Positions 9,326-18,650 of a stretch of 64,000 bases of DNA are shown piece by piece. The DNA comes from an uncultured Clostridia bacterium (lineage in GTDB: Bacteria; Bacillota; Clostridia; Christensenellales; UBA1242). Where the stretch lies: positions 1,576 to 65,575 of the forward strand of contig CAKVFH010000002.1 of assembly GCA_934746515.1 (NCBI GenBank), read 5' to 3'. The notes beneath the pieces were generated by a model. It was not told the DNA's origin. It saw only the letters and a list, made by a program, of their open reading frames with translations, and ran no database searches. The position numbers were made by a program, and so were the translations under genes. Each line of letters starts with the position of its first letter. Position 1 is the first letter of the stretch.

Positions 9326-10507
9326 CTAATCCATTTTCTTCTTTTTGCCAAAAATGCCAGCAAACATTTCAGAGAAAAATCTTCCAACCTTATATCTAGC
9401 CTTTTTAGAAAAAATCAAAACAATTGCAAGTGTCACGACAACAACGCCAACAATTGAAAGCACAACAATAAGTGTTTCATTTGAATTTACTTTTGTGTTT
9501 GCTGATGAAGTGCTTGCAATGCCGGTGATTACCGATTGTTCGCCATTCGAGCCAGTTAAAGAAACATCGTTTAATGAATATTCACTCGCATTGTCACTGC
9601 CATATAAAACGACATCCAAAGTTTTTGCTAAATATTCGGTTGATGTTTGTGCTAAATCTTTTTCAATATTTTCACAACCAAATTCAAAAAGCATGGCTTT
9701 TGTTGATAATTGTTGATTATAATTTCCTTTGCCAATATAAATGTCTTTTATAAGACCTTTGTAAACAGAATCAGCATAAGATTTTATTGAATAAGCAAAC
9801 TTTTTATTTTCTTCAAAGTTGGCACTTGATCTTCCAACAACCATACGAATAGCACTCATCTGTTTGCCATTAACTTTTGTGATATAATAATCTCTTTTTG
9901 TTGAGTCTCTATGAATATCAAAAATGGCTTGTGCTCCAGAATTAAGAAGAGCCGAAGCTGTGACTTGACTTCTTGTGTAAGCGCCCGAGTTGTGTGGCAA
10001 GTGCAAGTCTTCTCTATAGATTGTTTCAATGCCAAGTTTGTTTAAATTTGAAACTAGGCTTTTACCTACATCATGGATACCGCCCTTTCCGTAAACAGAA
10101 TCCACGCCGTCTGGTGTGTAATAGCTTTCATCATTGTGTGTGTGATACACCCCAACTTTCTTTTTTGTGGCTGCACTTGCAAGTTTAGCCTTTCCACCAG
10201 CCATGGTTGTTTTTGCTGGAGAAACATTATATTCTGGCAATTTTTCATCAGAAATAAATTTTGCCTTTGCCGTTTTGTTATCATTATCAACACTGTAAAT
10301 CTCATATAATTTATTATCACCTGACAAATAATTGTCACCAACTGTTATGTCATCACCTTTCAAAAATAACACCTTTTTGTTTTCATCATAAACTGTATAA
10401 TACTTTTTATTAGTATCTGCAAAAGCCAAAGAAGAGTTCGAAAAAGGAAAAATAATCAATGCAAAAAAACTAAATACTGATGCTAAAAACAAACTAATCT
10501 TTTTCAT
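9326..10507 (-). CDS. spoIIP: stage II sporulation protein P (engulfment peptidoglycan hydrolase)
   Basis: 393 aa with an N-terminal signal/anchor. It has the SpoIIP-type motifs VGVYHTHNDESYY and AIFDIHRDS, then a C-terminal TM helix. The ATG follows AAGGAG and overlaps the upstream gene by 14 nt. Confidence 0.85.
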   Translation of the reverse strand: MKKISLFLASVFSFFALIIFPFSNSSLAFADTNKKYYTVYDENKKVLFLKGDDITVGDNYLSGDNKLYEIYSVDNDNKTAKAKFISDEKLPEYNVSPAKTTMAGGKAKLASAATKKKVGVYHTHNDESYYTPDGVDSVYGKGGIHDVGKSLVSNLNKLGIETIYREDLHLPHNSGAYTRSQVTASALLNSGAQAIFDIHRDSTKRDYYITKVNGKQMSAIRMVVGRSSANFEENKKFAYSIKSYADSVYKGLIKDIYIGKGNYNQQLSTKAMLFEFGCENIEKDLAQTSTEYLAKTLDVVLYGSDNASEYSLNDVSLTGSNGEQSVITGIASTSSANTKVNSNETLIVVLSIVGVVVVTLAIVLIFSKKARYKVGRFFSEMFAGIFGKKKKMD

Positions 10508-11294
10508 TTTTATTCTCCTTTTTATCTGTTTTTGTGCTATTTTGCGATGCTTTTGTTGTTTTTTGTCTTTTTTTGACCTGATTTGCGTTTTTTAAATCAT
10601 CAATTCTTTTATCTTCAGTGTGTGTTGGTTCTTCTAATTTTCCATTTTTCTCAGAATCATAGGTGTGTGTTTTATAGTTATAGACTTTCTTTTCTTTGTC
10701 AATTGTTGCCGACTCAATGCATCTTCCAATAAACTCACTAACCGCAACAGAAATGATAATAGCAACAATGTAAGTTGAAAATGCACCACCAACACCGAGT
10801 CCTAAAATTGATTTGTGATTCGTGCAAAGATTCACAATCCACTGAACAAGTTGAGCAAGTGTTATTCCAAACAAACATGAAACAAAAGCATTTCTTCTGC
10901 TTCTTCCAAGAGCATAAGCCACGATGCCAGCAACAATACCATAGATGTACATGTTGTCCATAACAACACTTTCTGGATCTGCTGGAAGAATCCATTCAAG
11001 ACCATAAATAATACCAGCAACCAAAATCGTTCCAATGACAGCCCTAACCAAATCTCTTGTTCCGCAAGAAATCAATAAATAAATTGAGAGAGCAAGCGGA
11101 ATTAAAAATCCACCTATTGAGAAGCAGAAATATTGTCCAATCCATATTGGTGGAATAACTAAACCAATACAGATTGCAACCAAAATAATCAGCGCCGCTT
11201 TATCTGAAAGTCGCAGGTCATCTAAAATCCTTTGACCTACACCAAACATAACTAGCACAATAATAATTAACACAATCCATAAACTAACCGACAT
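10494..11294 (-). CDS. polytopic membrane protein, translationally coupled to spoIIP (possibly DUF1614-like, not verified)
   Basis: 266 aa with about 6 hydrophobic helices and a K/E/T-rich tail. The ATG follows AAAGGAGA. The family guess rests only on the N-terminal pattern ..GVGQRILDDLRLSDKAALI. Confidence 0.6.
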   Translation of the reverse strand: MSVSLWIVLIIIVLVMFGVGQRILDDLRLSDKAALIILVAICIGLVIPPIWIGQYFCFSIGGFLIPLALSIYLLISCGTRDLVRAVIGTILVAGIIYGLEWILPADPESVVMDNMYIYGIVAGIVAYALGRSRRNAFVSCLFGITLAQLVQWIVNLCTNHKSILGLGVGGAFSTYIVAIIISVAVSEFIGRCIESATIDKEKKVYNYKTHTYDSEKNGKLEEPTHTEDKRIDDLKNANQVKKRQKTTKASQNSTKTDKKENKNEKD

Positions 11295-11329
11295 AAAAAA
11301 TCTCCTTTACATGTAGTATGTAAAAGAGA
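11295..11329 (-). promoter_or_regulatory. terminator-like hairpin whose 3' arm contains the SD of the downstream gene
   Basis: The minus-strand RNA is UCUCUUUUACAU-ACUAC-AUGUAAAGGAGA-UUUUUU-AUG. This gives a 12-bp stem (one G-U), a 5-nt loop and a U6 tract, followed immediately by the start codon at 11294. Confidence 0.6.
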
Positions 11330-11434
11330 TTGCTTTTTTATTTATAAACATACAAATTTTATTTTGTTTTAATTTTATAACCTATATTGATAATTAAGCC
11401 TAATTTTATAAAACAAATTTATAATAAGTTTCCA

Positions 11435-12277
11435 TTAGCAAAAATCTATTTCAGATTGATTAAGTTCAATTTTTTGTCCATTCATATATGACAAATAATC
11501 ACCTTTTTCAAAATGAAATATAAGTTTATAGGCGCACAAGCATTGATATTTTTTATTGAATTTTTTATTTATCTCGCTGTTGCCATATTTTTCATCACCC
11601 AAAATCGGATAGCCAATATGGCTTAAATGTGCACGAATCTGATGAGTTTTCCCTGTAACAAGTTCCACTTCCAAGATTGAAAAATCATCATCATGAGAAA
11701 TAACTTGATAATTTGTTTTTATCTGCTCAAAGCCCGGCAATTGCTCATCACTCACAAAAACCATGCTTTTTTTGTCATCTTTTTTCAAGTATGCAACAAG
11801 CTCTTCATGTGCATTCTTTGGAACACCCACAACCTTTGCAAGATAAAATTTTTCAAGTTCCCTGTTTTTTATTGCCTTATCTAGCGACTCTTTTGATTTT
11901 TCATTTTTTGCAAAAATAATCAATCCCTGTGTGTTTCTGTCTAGTCTGTGAACAGCAAACAAGTCAATACCAATTTGTTTTTCTAGTTTGGTTATCAAAT
12001 CATCACCTTGCTCAGAAATAGTTTCAATATTTCTTGGCTTAAATACAACAACCAAATCATCGTTTTCAAAAATGATTTTGATTTTATTTTCAAAAGTGTA
12101 AACCTCAACTTTGTCACCAATTTGCAAATCAATATCTTTTGAAACTCTTTTGCCATTTAATTTTATATCTTTATTTCTAATGAGTTTTTGAATTTGGTTG
12201 TATCCAAGTTTTAACTCATTCTCAACGAGTTTAGAAAGCTTTTGTTCTCTTTTATTTTCAATATATTTAATTTCCAT
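11435..12277 (-). CDS. RluA-family pseudouridine synthase with S4-like N-terminal domain
   Basis: 280 aa with the catalytic motif HRLDRNTQGLIIFAKN and the later GKTHQIRAHL motif. Confidence 0.85.
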   Translation of the reverse strand: MEIKYIENKREQKLSKLVENELKLGYNQIQKLIRNKDIKLNGKRVSKDIDLQIGDKVEVYTFENKIKIIFENDDLVVVFKPRNIETISEQGDDLITKLEKQIGIDLFAVHRLDRNTQGLIIFAKNEKSKESLDKAIKNRELEKFYLAKVVGVPKNAHEELVAYLKKDDKKSMVFVSDEQLPGFEQIKTNYQVISHDDDFSILEVELVTGKTHQIRAHLSHIGYPILGDEKYGNSEINKKFNKKYQCLCAYKLIFHFEKGDYLSYMNGQKIELNQSEIDFC

Positions 12278-12316
12278 AAATTGCTCTTTTACTAAAAAAA
12301 TCCACTTGTTTGTGGA

Positions 12317-12841
12317 TTATTTTTTATCGCTTTTTGTTTGCTTTTTAGTACCTGTAAGTTTTTCAACTTCTTCAGTTCGACCGTCTTTTAGCATTGATTC
12401 AAACTCGTTCACAAAGTCAAAGAATGTTGAAATATCTTTAAATTTTTTGTAGACAGAAGCAAATCTGATATAAGAAACTTCATCTAGATTTTTAAGCCCT
12501 TCCATAACATACTCACCAATTGTTTTTGATGAAATTTCTTCTTCCAAAGTTCCATAAACTTTTTTATCAATATTTGACACAAGCAAATCAATATCTGCAA
12601 TTGAAACAGGTCTTTTTTCACAAGCCTTTAAAATTCCAGTTCTAACTTTGTCGGTCGAATATCTTTCTCTGTTACCATTGCTTTTAACAACCATGATTGG
12701 TGTGACTTCAATTGTTTCATAAGTATTAAACCTTCTTCCACAACCAAGACATTCTCTTCGTCTTCTAATTGCATTCAATTCTTCACTCGCCCTTGAATCA
12801 ATAACCTTGCTCTCTTCAGAACCGCAATAAACACATTTCAT
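12317..12841 (-). CDS. nrdR: transcriptional repressor NrdR
   Basis: Starts MKCVYCGSEESKVIDSR with a second CLGCGRRF pair (zinc ribbon), followed by an ATP-cone region. I set the start at the ATG at 12841 behind GAGGAA. Confidence 0.92.
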   Translation of the reverse strand: MKCVYCGSEESKVIDSRASEELNAIRRRRECLGCGRRFNTYETIEVTPIMVVKSNGNRERYSTDKVRTGILKACEKRPVSIADIDLLVSNIDKKVYGTLEEEISSKTIGEYVMEGLKNLDEVSYIRFASVYKKFKDISTFFDFVNEFESMLKDGRTEEVEKLTGTKKQTKSDKK

Positions 12842-12889
12842 AAATTTTCCTCTAGCACTATCATACACATTTTTAAAAAAGATTGCAAG

Positions 12890-13255
12890 TTATTTATATT
12901 TTTTATTATCAAGCTTTCTATATCTTATAAACGACCCATTTTCGCCCTTTACACTGTTTGGATAATATTTATTTAGCACTTTTTGTTTTTTATCAAGTTT
13001 TGTCATGTTTTTCCCGTAAGGTTCTGTAAACTCAAACCTTATCAGAATCACATCATCGCCAATTCTTCTAATCTTTTCAATTGGCACAAAAATATCGTCA
13101 GATTTTTTAAAAATTCGCTTTTCGCCTGGAACAAGAAAACCATTGATTTTTCCAGTGTCACTTTCAAAAATAATATCCATAATATGACCCATTTTCGAGC
13201 CGTCCGCCAAATTTATTATTTCTTTATTTCTTAGTTCATTGTACGAAATATCCAT
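12890..13255 (-). CDS. ylmC: YlmC/YmxH-family sporulation protein (PRC-barrel)
   Basis: 121 aa. The N-terminus SYNELRNKEIINLADGSKMGHIMDIIFESDTGKINGFLVPG matches the YlmC/YmxH pattern. Its position next to sigG is the same as in Bacillus. Confidence 0.8.
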   Translation of the reverse strand: MDISYNELRNKEIINLADGSKMGHIMDIIFESDTGKINGFLVPGEKRIFKKSDDIFVPIEKIRRIGDDVILIRFEFTEPYGKNMTKLDKKQKVLNKYYPNSVKGENGSFIRYRKLDNKKYK

Positions 13256-13269
13256 ATTTTAATTATATT
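13254..13269. repeat. left copy of a 16-nt direct repeat flanking the sigG unit
   Basis: ATATTTTAATTATATT matches 14236-14251 (ATATTTTAATTACATT) at 15 of 16 positions in the same orientation. Confidence 0.6.
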
Positions 13270-13295
13270 CAATGAAAAAATCTTGTAGCACAACT

Positions 13296-13326
13296 TGCAT
13301 AAAAAAATGAAGTTTTGGGAAAGTTA
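13296..13326 (+). promoter_or_regulatory. forespore (sigma-F/G-type) promoter candidate for sigG
   Basis: TGCATA-N15-GGGAAAGTTA resembles the sigma-F consensus GyATA..GGnnAnAhTa. It lies 24 nt upstream of the ATG, and the SD is AAGGAGA. Confidence 0.4.
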
Positions 13327-13349
13327 AAAGTAAATTTAAGGAGAATTTT

Positions 13350-14123
13350 ATGGCAAATAAGGTTATAATTTGTGGTGTTGACACATCATCTCTTCCAAGA
13401 TGCAACAAAGAGACTTTGAATAATCTCATGGCTAAAATCAAGCAAGGCGACGACTCCGCCAGAGACGAATTTATTTTTTACAATATTCGTCTCGTGCTGT
13501 CTATCGTGCAAAGATTTTCATCAAGCAAAGACAATACCGACGATATTTTTCAGGTCGGAATCATCGGACTGATTAAGTCAATTGACAACTTTGATATTAA
13601 CCTTGGCGTAAGATTTTCCACTTATGCAGTTCCTATGATTATCGGCGAAATTCGCAAATTTTTAAGGGACTCAAACTCAATAAAAGTCACAAGAAGCACG
13701 AGAGACATTGCATACAAAGCACTTCAAGCAAAAGAAAAAATTCTGCGCGAAACCAACAAAGAAGCCACCGTAAAAGAAATTGCTTTAGAAACTGGACTTT
13801 CTGAAAACAAAATCGCCGATGCCATGAATGCAATCAGCGAACCGCTTTCACTATACGACACAGTGTTTCATGATAATGGCGACTCCATGCTCATTATGGA
13901 TCAAATAAAAGACTCATCAAGCGATGAGTCTATACTCGAAAAAACCGTTTTAAAACAAGCTTTAAAATCGCTTGGAAAACGCGAACAACAAATTCTTTTT
14001 TTAAGATATTTTGCGGGCAAAACACAAATGGAAATTTCTGATGAAATTGGCATAAGTCAAGCGCAAGTTTCCAGACTTGAAAAAGATGCTTTGAAAGAAA
14101 TCAAGTCAAGCGTTTCAGGTTAA
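13350..14123 (+). CDS. sigG: sporulation sigma factor SigG
   Basis: 257 aa. NKVIICGVDTSSLP.., NIRLVLSIVQRF, DDIFQVGIIGLIKSIDNFD, FSTYAVPMIIGEIRKFLRD and GISQAQVSRLEK are colinear with Bacillus SigG. It is not SigF, since there is no spoIIAA/AB context. Confidence 0.9.
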   Translation: MANKVIICGVDTSSLPRCNKETLNNLMAKIKQGDDSARDEFIFYNIRLVLSIVQRFSSSKDNTDDIFQVGIIGLIKSIDNFDINLGVRFSTYAVPMIIGEIRKFLRDSNSIKVTRSTRDIAYKALQAKEKILRETNKEATVKEIALETGLSENKIADAMNAISEPLSLYDTVFHDNGDSMLIMDQIKDSSSDESILEKTVLKQALKSLGKREQQILFLRYFAGKTQMEISDEIGISQAQVSRLEKDALKEIKSSVSG

Positions 14124-14145
14124 ACTCATAAATCAAAATCAGATT

Positions 14146-14205
14146 AAAGCATGCGCAAATCTATTTCTAACTCGATAAACTAGATATTTGCGTATGCTTT
14201 TTATT
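14146..14205 (+). terminator. intrinsic terminator of sigG
   Basis: AAAGCATGCGCAAAT ... ATTTGCGTATGCTTT is a 15-bp stem with one mismatch and a structured loop, followed by TTTTATTT. Confidence 0.6.
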
Positions 14206-14235
14206 TGCAAATATTATAGTTTTTGAAAAATAGTT

Positions 14236-14251
14236 ATATTTTAATTACATT
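14236..14251. repeat. right copy of the 16-nt direct repeat flanking the sigG unit
   Basis: See 13254-13269. Confidence 0.6.
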
Positions 14252-14270
14252 GTAATCAAGGCAAAAAATT

Positions 14271-14960
14271 TTATGCAAGTTTCATTATTGCAACTTTCAT
14301 TTTGTCTAAAATTTTCTTTTCAATTCTTGAAATGTAGCTTTGTGAAATATCAAAATAGTCTGCAACTTGTTTCTGAGTCATTTCACCTTTACCATTAAAA
14401 CCATAACGCATATACATTATCTCTTTTTCTTTTTTAGACAAGTGCTCCAAAACATAAGTAAGGTTCGAAAACTCGTCTTCTTTGTCTAGGTTTTTCGAAA
14501 CTTCATCTTTGTCACCAGACAGCACATCACTTATGCAAAGTTCATTGCCTTCAGAATCGGTGTTAAGTGGCTCATATAGAGAAACTTCCTGTTTTTGTTT
14601 TGCAATCTTTCTTAAGTGCATCAAAATTTCGTTTTCTATGCATCTTGAAGCATAGGTTGCAAGTTTTATATTTTTTGAATTATCAAAAGATTCAACAGCT
14701 TTAATGAGACCGATTGTGCCAATAGATATTAAATCTTCAATGCTAACATTTGTGTTATCAAATTTTTGTGCAGTGTAAACCACAAGTCTTAAGTTTCTTT
14801 CAATCAACTGATTTCTAGCTTCATCACTGCCAACTTTCATTTTGTTTGTCATTTCTAACTCTGCATCACTTGAAAGTTTTTCCGGCAAGATTTCACCAGC
14901 CGTTGCAATATAAAAAACATGATTTTTAACAGCAAAAATTTTATGAAGAAATTTAAACAT
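14271..14960 (-). CDS. sigE: sporulation sigma factor SigE (pro-sigma-E)
   Basis: 229 aa. ERNLRLVVYTAQKF, EDLISIGTIGLIKAVESFD, KLATYASRCIENEILM and ISQSYISRIEKKIL are colinear with Bacillus pro-sigma-E, including an N-terminal pro-sequence. The ATG follows AGGAGG, 8 nt after the spoIIGA stop. Confidence 0.92.
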   Translation of the reverse strand: MFKFLHKIFAVKNHVFYIATAGEILPEKLSSDAELEMTNKMKVGSDEARNQLIERNLRLVVYTAQKFDNTNVSIEDLISIGTIGLIKAVESFDNSKNIKLATYASRCIENEILMHLRKIAKQKQEVSLYEPLNTDSEGNELCISDVLSGDKDEVSKNLDKEDEFSNLTYVLEHLSKKEKEIMYMRYGFNGKGEMTQKQVADYFDISQSYISRIEKKILDKMKVAIMKLA

Positions 14961-14968
14961 AAAACCTC

Positions 14969-15787
14969 CTACAAAAAATCTCTATGAAGCAAGCAATCGT
15001 ATTTTCCATTATCAAAAGTTTTATCAACAATTCCAACAGCACACGAAACATCTTCGCACCTGTCTTTAAATTTTAGCGTTACATTTTTATTATCAAAAAT
15101 TGGAATTTCAAATCCAGACCCAGACACTGTGTCGCACTTAATTTTTCGACACTTAAATTTAATGAGCCAATCAATATCTTCTGATGACAAAAATTTTTTT
15201 AGTGAATCAAGCGAAACTATGATAACTGGTTTTCGTGTGAGCGGATCAACCAAACAATTGCCACTATCAATGAGACCATAAAAAGAGATATGTTTTTCTT
15301 TGATTGTTAATGACACATTTGCCAAATGTTCTCTTAAAAATTTATTTTTATTTATATTTCTCACAAACACAAAAAGCGCAAAAATGTATAAAATTATACA
15401 AAAAATGATTAAAAACTCGTGATTTTTCGGAATTTTTTGCAAAATTGTACTTTCAATTGTAACTTTTAACCACAGAGATAAAAAGCTCATCAGTCCACCA
15501 AAAGACAGCAAAATCACAAGTTCGCTAAACGCTAAAGTTGCGACTCTTTTGGGTTTAAATGAATCAGTTAAAAAGAACAAACAAAACAACTGCGACACAA
15601 CTTTTAAAAGCACGCACAAACAAAAACTTTCTATCAGTTGAACACTGACAACACTTGCGCAAATCTTTGGCACTTGCAAAAACAATAAAAATAAAAATTT
15701 GAATCTTATTTTAAAAAGCTTGCAAACAAGAAAATCTGAAACGAATTCTATAATGAATAAACTTAAAATAATATTGATTTTTTCCAT
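14969..15787 (-). CDS. spoIIGA: sigma-E processing aspartic protease SpoIIGA
   Basis: It has an N-terminal multi-TM domain followed by GLIDSGNCLVDPLTRKPV (DxGN aspartic protease motif), and sits directly upstream of sigE. The start is uncertain: the ORF-track start at 15820 is GTG, so I used the first ATG at 15787, but neither has a good SD. Confidence 0.8.
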   Translation of the reverse strand: MEKINIILSLFIIEFVSDFLVCKLFKIRFKFLFLLFLQVPKICASVVSVQLIESFCLCVLLKVVSQLFCLFFLTDSFKPKRVATLAFSELVILLSFGGLMSFLSLWLKVTIESTILQKIPKNHEFLIIFCIILYIFALFVFVRNINKNKFLREHLANVSLTIKEKHISFYGLIDSGNCLVDPLTRKPVIIVSLDSLKKFLSSEDIDWLIKFKCRKIKCDTVSGSGFEIPIFDNKNVTLKFKDRCEDVSCAVGIVDKTFDNGKYDCLLHRDFL

Positions 15788-15827
15788 GGCTTTATTATAG
15801 AAAAAACATATTGATTTCACTAAAAAT

Positions 15828-15856
15828 AAAAATGGCTATAAAGCCATTTTTTTATC
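15828..15856. terminator. intrinsic terminator after ftsZ
   Basis: AAAAATGGCT-ATAA-AGCCATTTTT is a perfect stem with flanking A and T runs, about 40 nt downstream of the ftsZ stop. Confidence 0.7.
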
Positions 15857-15891
15857 CGTTTTTACCTTTTTGTCGCTAAAAAAGTAGAACG

Positions 15892-17361
15892 CTATTTATT
15901 AAATTTTCTTCTCAAGAATGGTGGAATTTCTGCATTGTCAACTTTAACATTTGAATCAAGTCTTGCAGTTCTTTCAATATTAACTGGTTGGCTTGGTTTT
16001 GCTGGCGATGCTACTGGACGATTTACATTTTGCATATTTTGATTTTGTCCATCATAATTTGGCTGAGCTAAATTCACATTATTATTTGTGATACCATATT
16101 TTCTATCAAACTCTTCTTCCATGTTTTGCATTGGTTTGTTGCCATTTGGATTGCTGCTTAATTTATTCCAAAGATCAATGTCTGTGTAACTTTCCTTTTT
16201 TGGTTGCATGAATTCTGGTTGCATAATTGGCTGTTGAACTTTTGGTCCGGCTTCATTTTTTTCAAATAAAGACATCATGGTTGGCTTTCCTGCAACAAAA
16301 TCATTGAATCTATTTCTATCAAAATTGCCTGTGTCTTGTGGTTTAACCATGTTTGGAATTTGCACACCAGATGGTTTTTGTGCTTGTCCAGATGCAGTTG
16401 CATTTTCAAATCTGCTTCCTTCAAAACCAGTAGCAACAATTGTAACAATCATTCTATCATTGAAATTTTCATCAATTGTTGTTCCGAAAATTGTGTTAGC
16501 ATCAGGTGAAACAACTTCTTTTACAAGATTTACCGCATCATTAACTTCTTCAAGTGTTAAATCGAAGCCACCTTTGATGTTAATAATAACAGCTTTTGCG
16601 CCATTGATTGATGTTTCCAAAAGTGGACTTGCAATTGCTTGACGAACGGCAATTTCGTTTCTTTTTTCGCCCTTACCTTCACCAATGCCCATGTGCGCAA
16701 GTCCCCTGTTTTTCATAACAGTTCTAACATCTGCAAAGTCAAGATTGATAAGTGATGGTGTTGCGATAAGGTCAGAAATGCCTTGAATACCTTGTCTCAA
16801 AACTTCATCAGCATACTTGAAAGCATCAACAATACTTGTGCCTTTTGGTGCAATTGAAAGCAATCTATCATTAGGAATAACAACCAATGTATCAACACAC
16901 TTGCTAAGGTTTTTTATACCAATTTCCGCATTTGATAGTCTTGTTCTTCCTTCAAATTCAAATGGTTTTGTTACAACTGCAATGGTTAAAATTCCCATTT
17001 CACGAGCAATACTTGCAATAACAGGAGCTGCGCCAGTTCCAGTTCCGCCACCCATACCAGCAGTGATGAAAACAAGGTCAACACCACGAAGGCGTTCACA
17101 GATTTGTGCTCTGCTTTCTTCAGCAGCCTTTCTACCAATTTCAGGATCAGCGCCAGCACCCAAACCTTTTGTTAATTTTTCACCCAGCTGAATTTGCATT
17201 GAAGCTTTGCTCATCATCAGAGCTTGTTTATCTGTGTTTGCAGCAACAAAAGACGCGCTTTTCAAACCTGACGCGATCATACGATTCACAGCATTGCAAC
17301 CGCCGCCACCGACGCCCACAACCAAAATTTTACAAATAGGTGTAATATTATTTATTTCCAT
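15892..17361 (-). CDS. ftsZ: cell division protein FtsZ (with unusually long C-terminal linker)
   Basis: It has [14 protein letters not shown], the tubulin signature [13 protein letters not shown] and the C-terminal peptide IPPFLRRKF. The length is 489 aa. Confidence 0.97.
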   Translation of the reverse strand: MEINNITPICKILVVGVGGGGCNAVNRMIASGLKSASFVAANTDKQALMMSKASMQIQLGEKLTKGLGAGADPEIGRKAAEESRAQICERLRGVDLVFITAGMGGGTGTGAAPVIASIAREMGILTIAVVTKPFEFEGRTRLSNAEIGIKNLSKCVDTLVVIPNDRLLSIAPKGTSIVDAFKYADEVLRQGIQGISDLIATPSLINLDFADVRTVMKNRGLAHMGIGEGKGEKRNEIAVRQAIASPLLETSINGAKAVIINIKGGFDLTLEEVNDAVNLVKEVVSPDANTIFGTTIDENFNDRMIVTIVATGFEGSRFENATASGQAQKPSGVQIPNMVKPQDTGNFDRNRFNDFVAGKPTMMSLFEKNEAGPKVQQPIMQPEFMQPKKESYTDIDLWNKLSSNPNGNKPMQNMEEEFDRKYGITNNNVNLAQPNYDGQNQNMQNVNRPVASPAKPSQPVNIERTARLDSNVKVDNAEIPPFLRRKFNK

Positions 17362-17372
17362 AATCTACCTCG

Positions 17373-18518
17373 TTAAATTTCTAACATTGAATCCATCAAT
17401 TCTTCACTTTGAAGAAGCATATATAATAGCCCAACTTCCGATGAAAAATCAGGACCATTTATGTTTGGATAAGTTGGAGCAACCAAGTTTATCTTTCTTT
17501 TAAGTTTATTTGAAAGGATTGGCTTAATTCCCTTGATATAGTTAAAACCACCGCCAGTGAAATTTATTGGCAAAAAGTCTGGCAATGCATAAACACAATT
17601 ATCAAAGCATTTTTGAATATAGTCGCATATCATTTCAATTCTGTCGGTCGCGATTTCATTTGCAGCACTAGCCGAATATGTTTGCATGTGTCCATCGTTT
17701 CCGTCGACTTCATAAACATCTCTTGGGCCAGCTCGCCAGCCAAGAACGATTTTATGTTTCATTTTTTCCGCTTCACTGAACGAAATTTTCAAACACTCCG
17801 CAAGGTCAGCTGTTATATATCCACCGCCGAGCGAAAAGCTGTTTAAAAACAATAGTCCATTCCCCCTGAAAATTGCAACATTGGTTGTTATGTAGCCAAC
17901 ATCCACCAAAATTGAATATTTATCTCTCGCCTTTGGATCAAACAAATAAAGCCCTTCAGCAAGGTTAGCGCTAATAAACCCCCTAACCATAATTTTGAGT
18001 TCTGCAAAAATTGACTTGAACATTCCGGTAAAAGATTTTCTTGCAAGCACATACGACACAACACCTGTGATAGTTTTTGCTTTAATGCCAATAGGATCAA
18101 TAACTCTTTTTGCTCCGTCAATTTCATAGTAGATAACAGATTTGTTAATCACCGTAAACATTGGATCGCCTTCAAAATCATTGCCTGTTTCAAAAATATT
18201 TTCAACATCAAAAGGTGTTATTTTTTTATATTTTGGAAATGTTAGATTTATAGATTTTGTTACGCACGAACAAAACTCGCCAGGAACACCCACAAAAATT
18301 TCATAAACTTTTTTATCGCTTGAAATCTCTGCGTTTGAAATGCTGTTTGCAATAACAAGCTTCAAGTTCTCCGGCTCCAAAAATTCAGCATTTTGAAATC
18401 CAGCATAAAAAATCTCACCTTTACCACTAACATTAAAGGTGTTATTAACGCCACGCTCACCAATCATTGTAACGATTGAAGTTGAGCCCACATCAACAAT
18501 GGCAACTGTATTTTTCAT
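17373..18518 (-). CDS. ftsA: cell division protein FtsA-like (actin-fold ATPase)
   Basis: 381 aa with the N-terminal phosphate-1 motif VAIVDVGSTSIV, later VDVGYITTNVAI and TGGGFNYIKG. It sits immediately upstream of ftsZ. It is shorter than canonical FtsA at the C-terminus. Confidence 0.75.
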   Translation of the reverse strand: MKNTVAIVDVGSTSIVTMIGERGVNNTFNVSGKGEIFYAGFQNAEFLEPENLKLVIANSISNAEISSDKKVYEIFVGVPGEFCSCVTKSINLTFPKYKKITPFDVENIFETGNDFEGDPMFTVINKSVIYYEIDGAKRVIDPIGIKAKTITGVVSYVLARKSFTGMFKSIFAELKIMVRGFISANLAEGLYLFDPKARDKYSILVDVGYITTNVAIFRGNGLLFLNSFSLGGGYITADLAECLKISFSEAEKMKHKIVLGWRAGPRDVYEVDGNDGHMQTYSASAANEIATDRIEMICDYIQKCFDNCVYALPDFLPINFTGGGFNYIKGIKPILSNKLKRKINLVAPTYPNINGPDFSSEVGLLYMLLQSEELMDSMLEI

Positions 18519-18650
18519 AGCTGAACTAATACTTCTCCTATAATAATTTAAGTATATTCGAGATGAAAATTTATGTCAAACAAAAATATTGTCAATTACT
18601 AAATTATGTGCGAAAAGTTATATTTTTATTAAAAAGGACAGCCCTATGGA

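Noticed and set aside
15871-15877. TGTCGCT, resembling a Spo0A box (TGTCGAA), near spoIIGA.
   Set aside because: It matches only 5 of 7 positions. It lies between the ftsZ stop and the ftsZ terminator, upstream of the terminator rather than in the spoIIGA promoter region.
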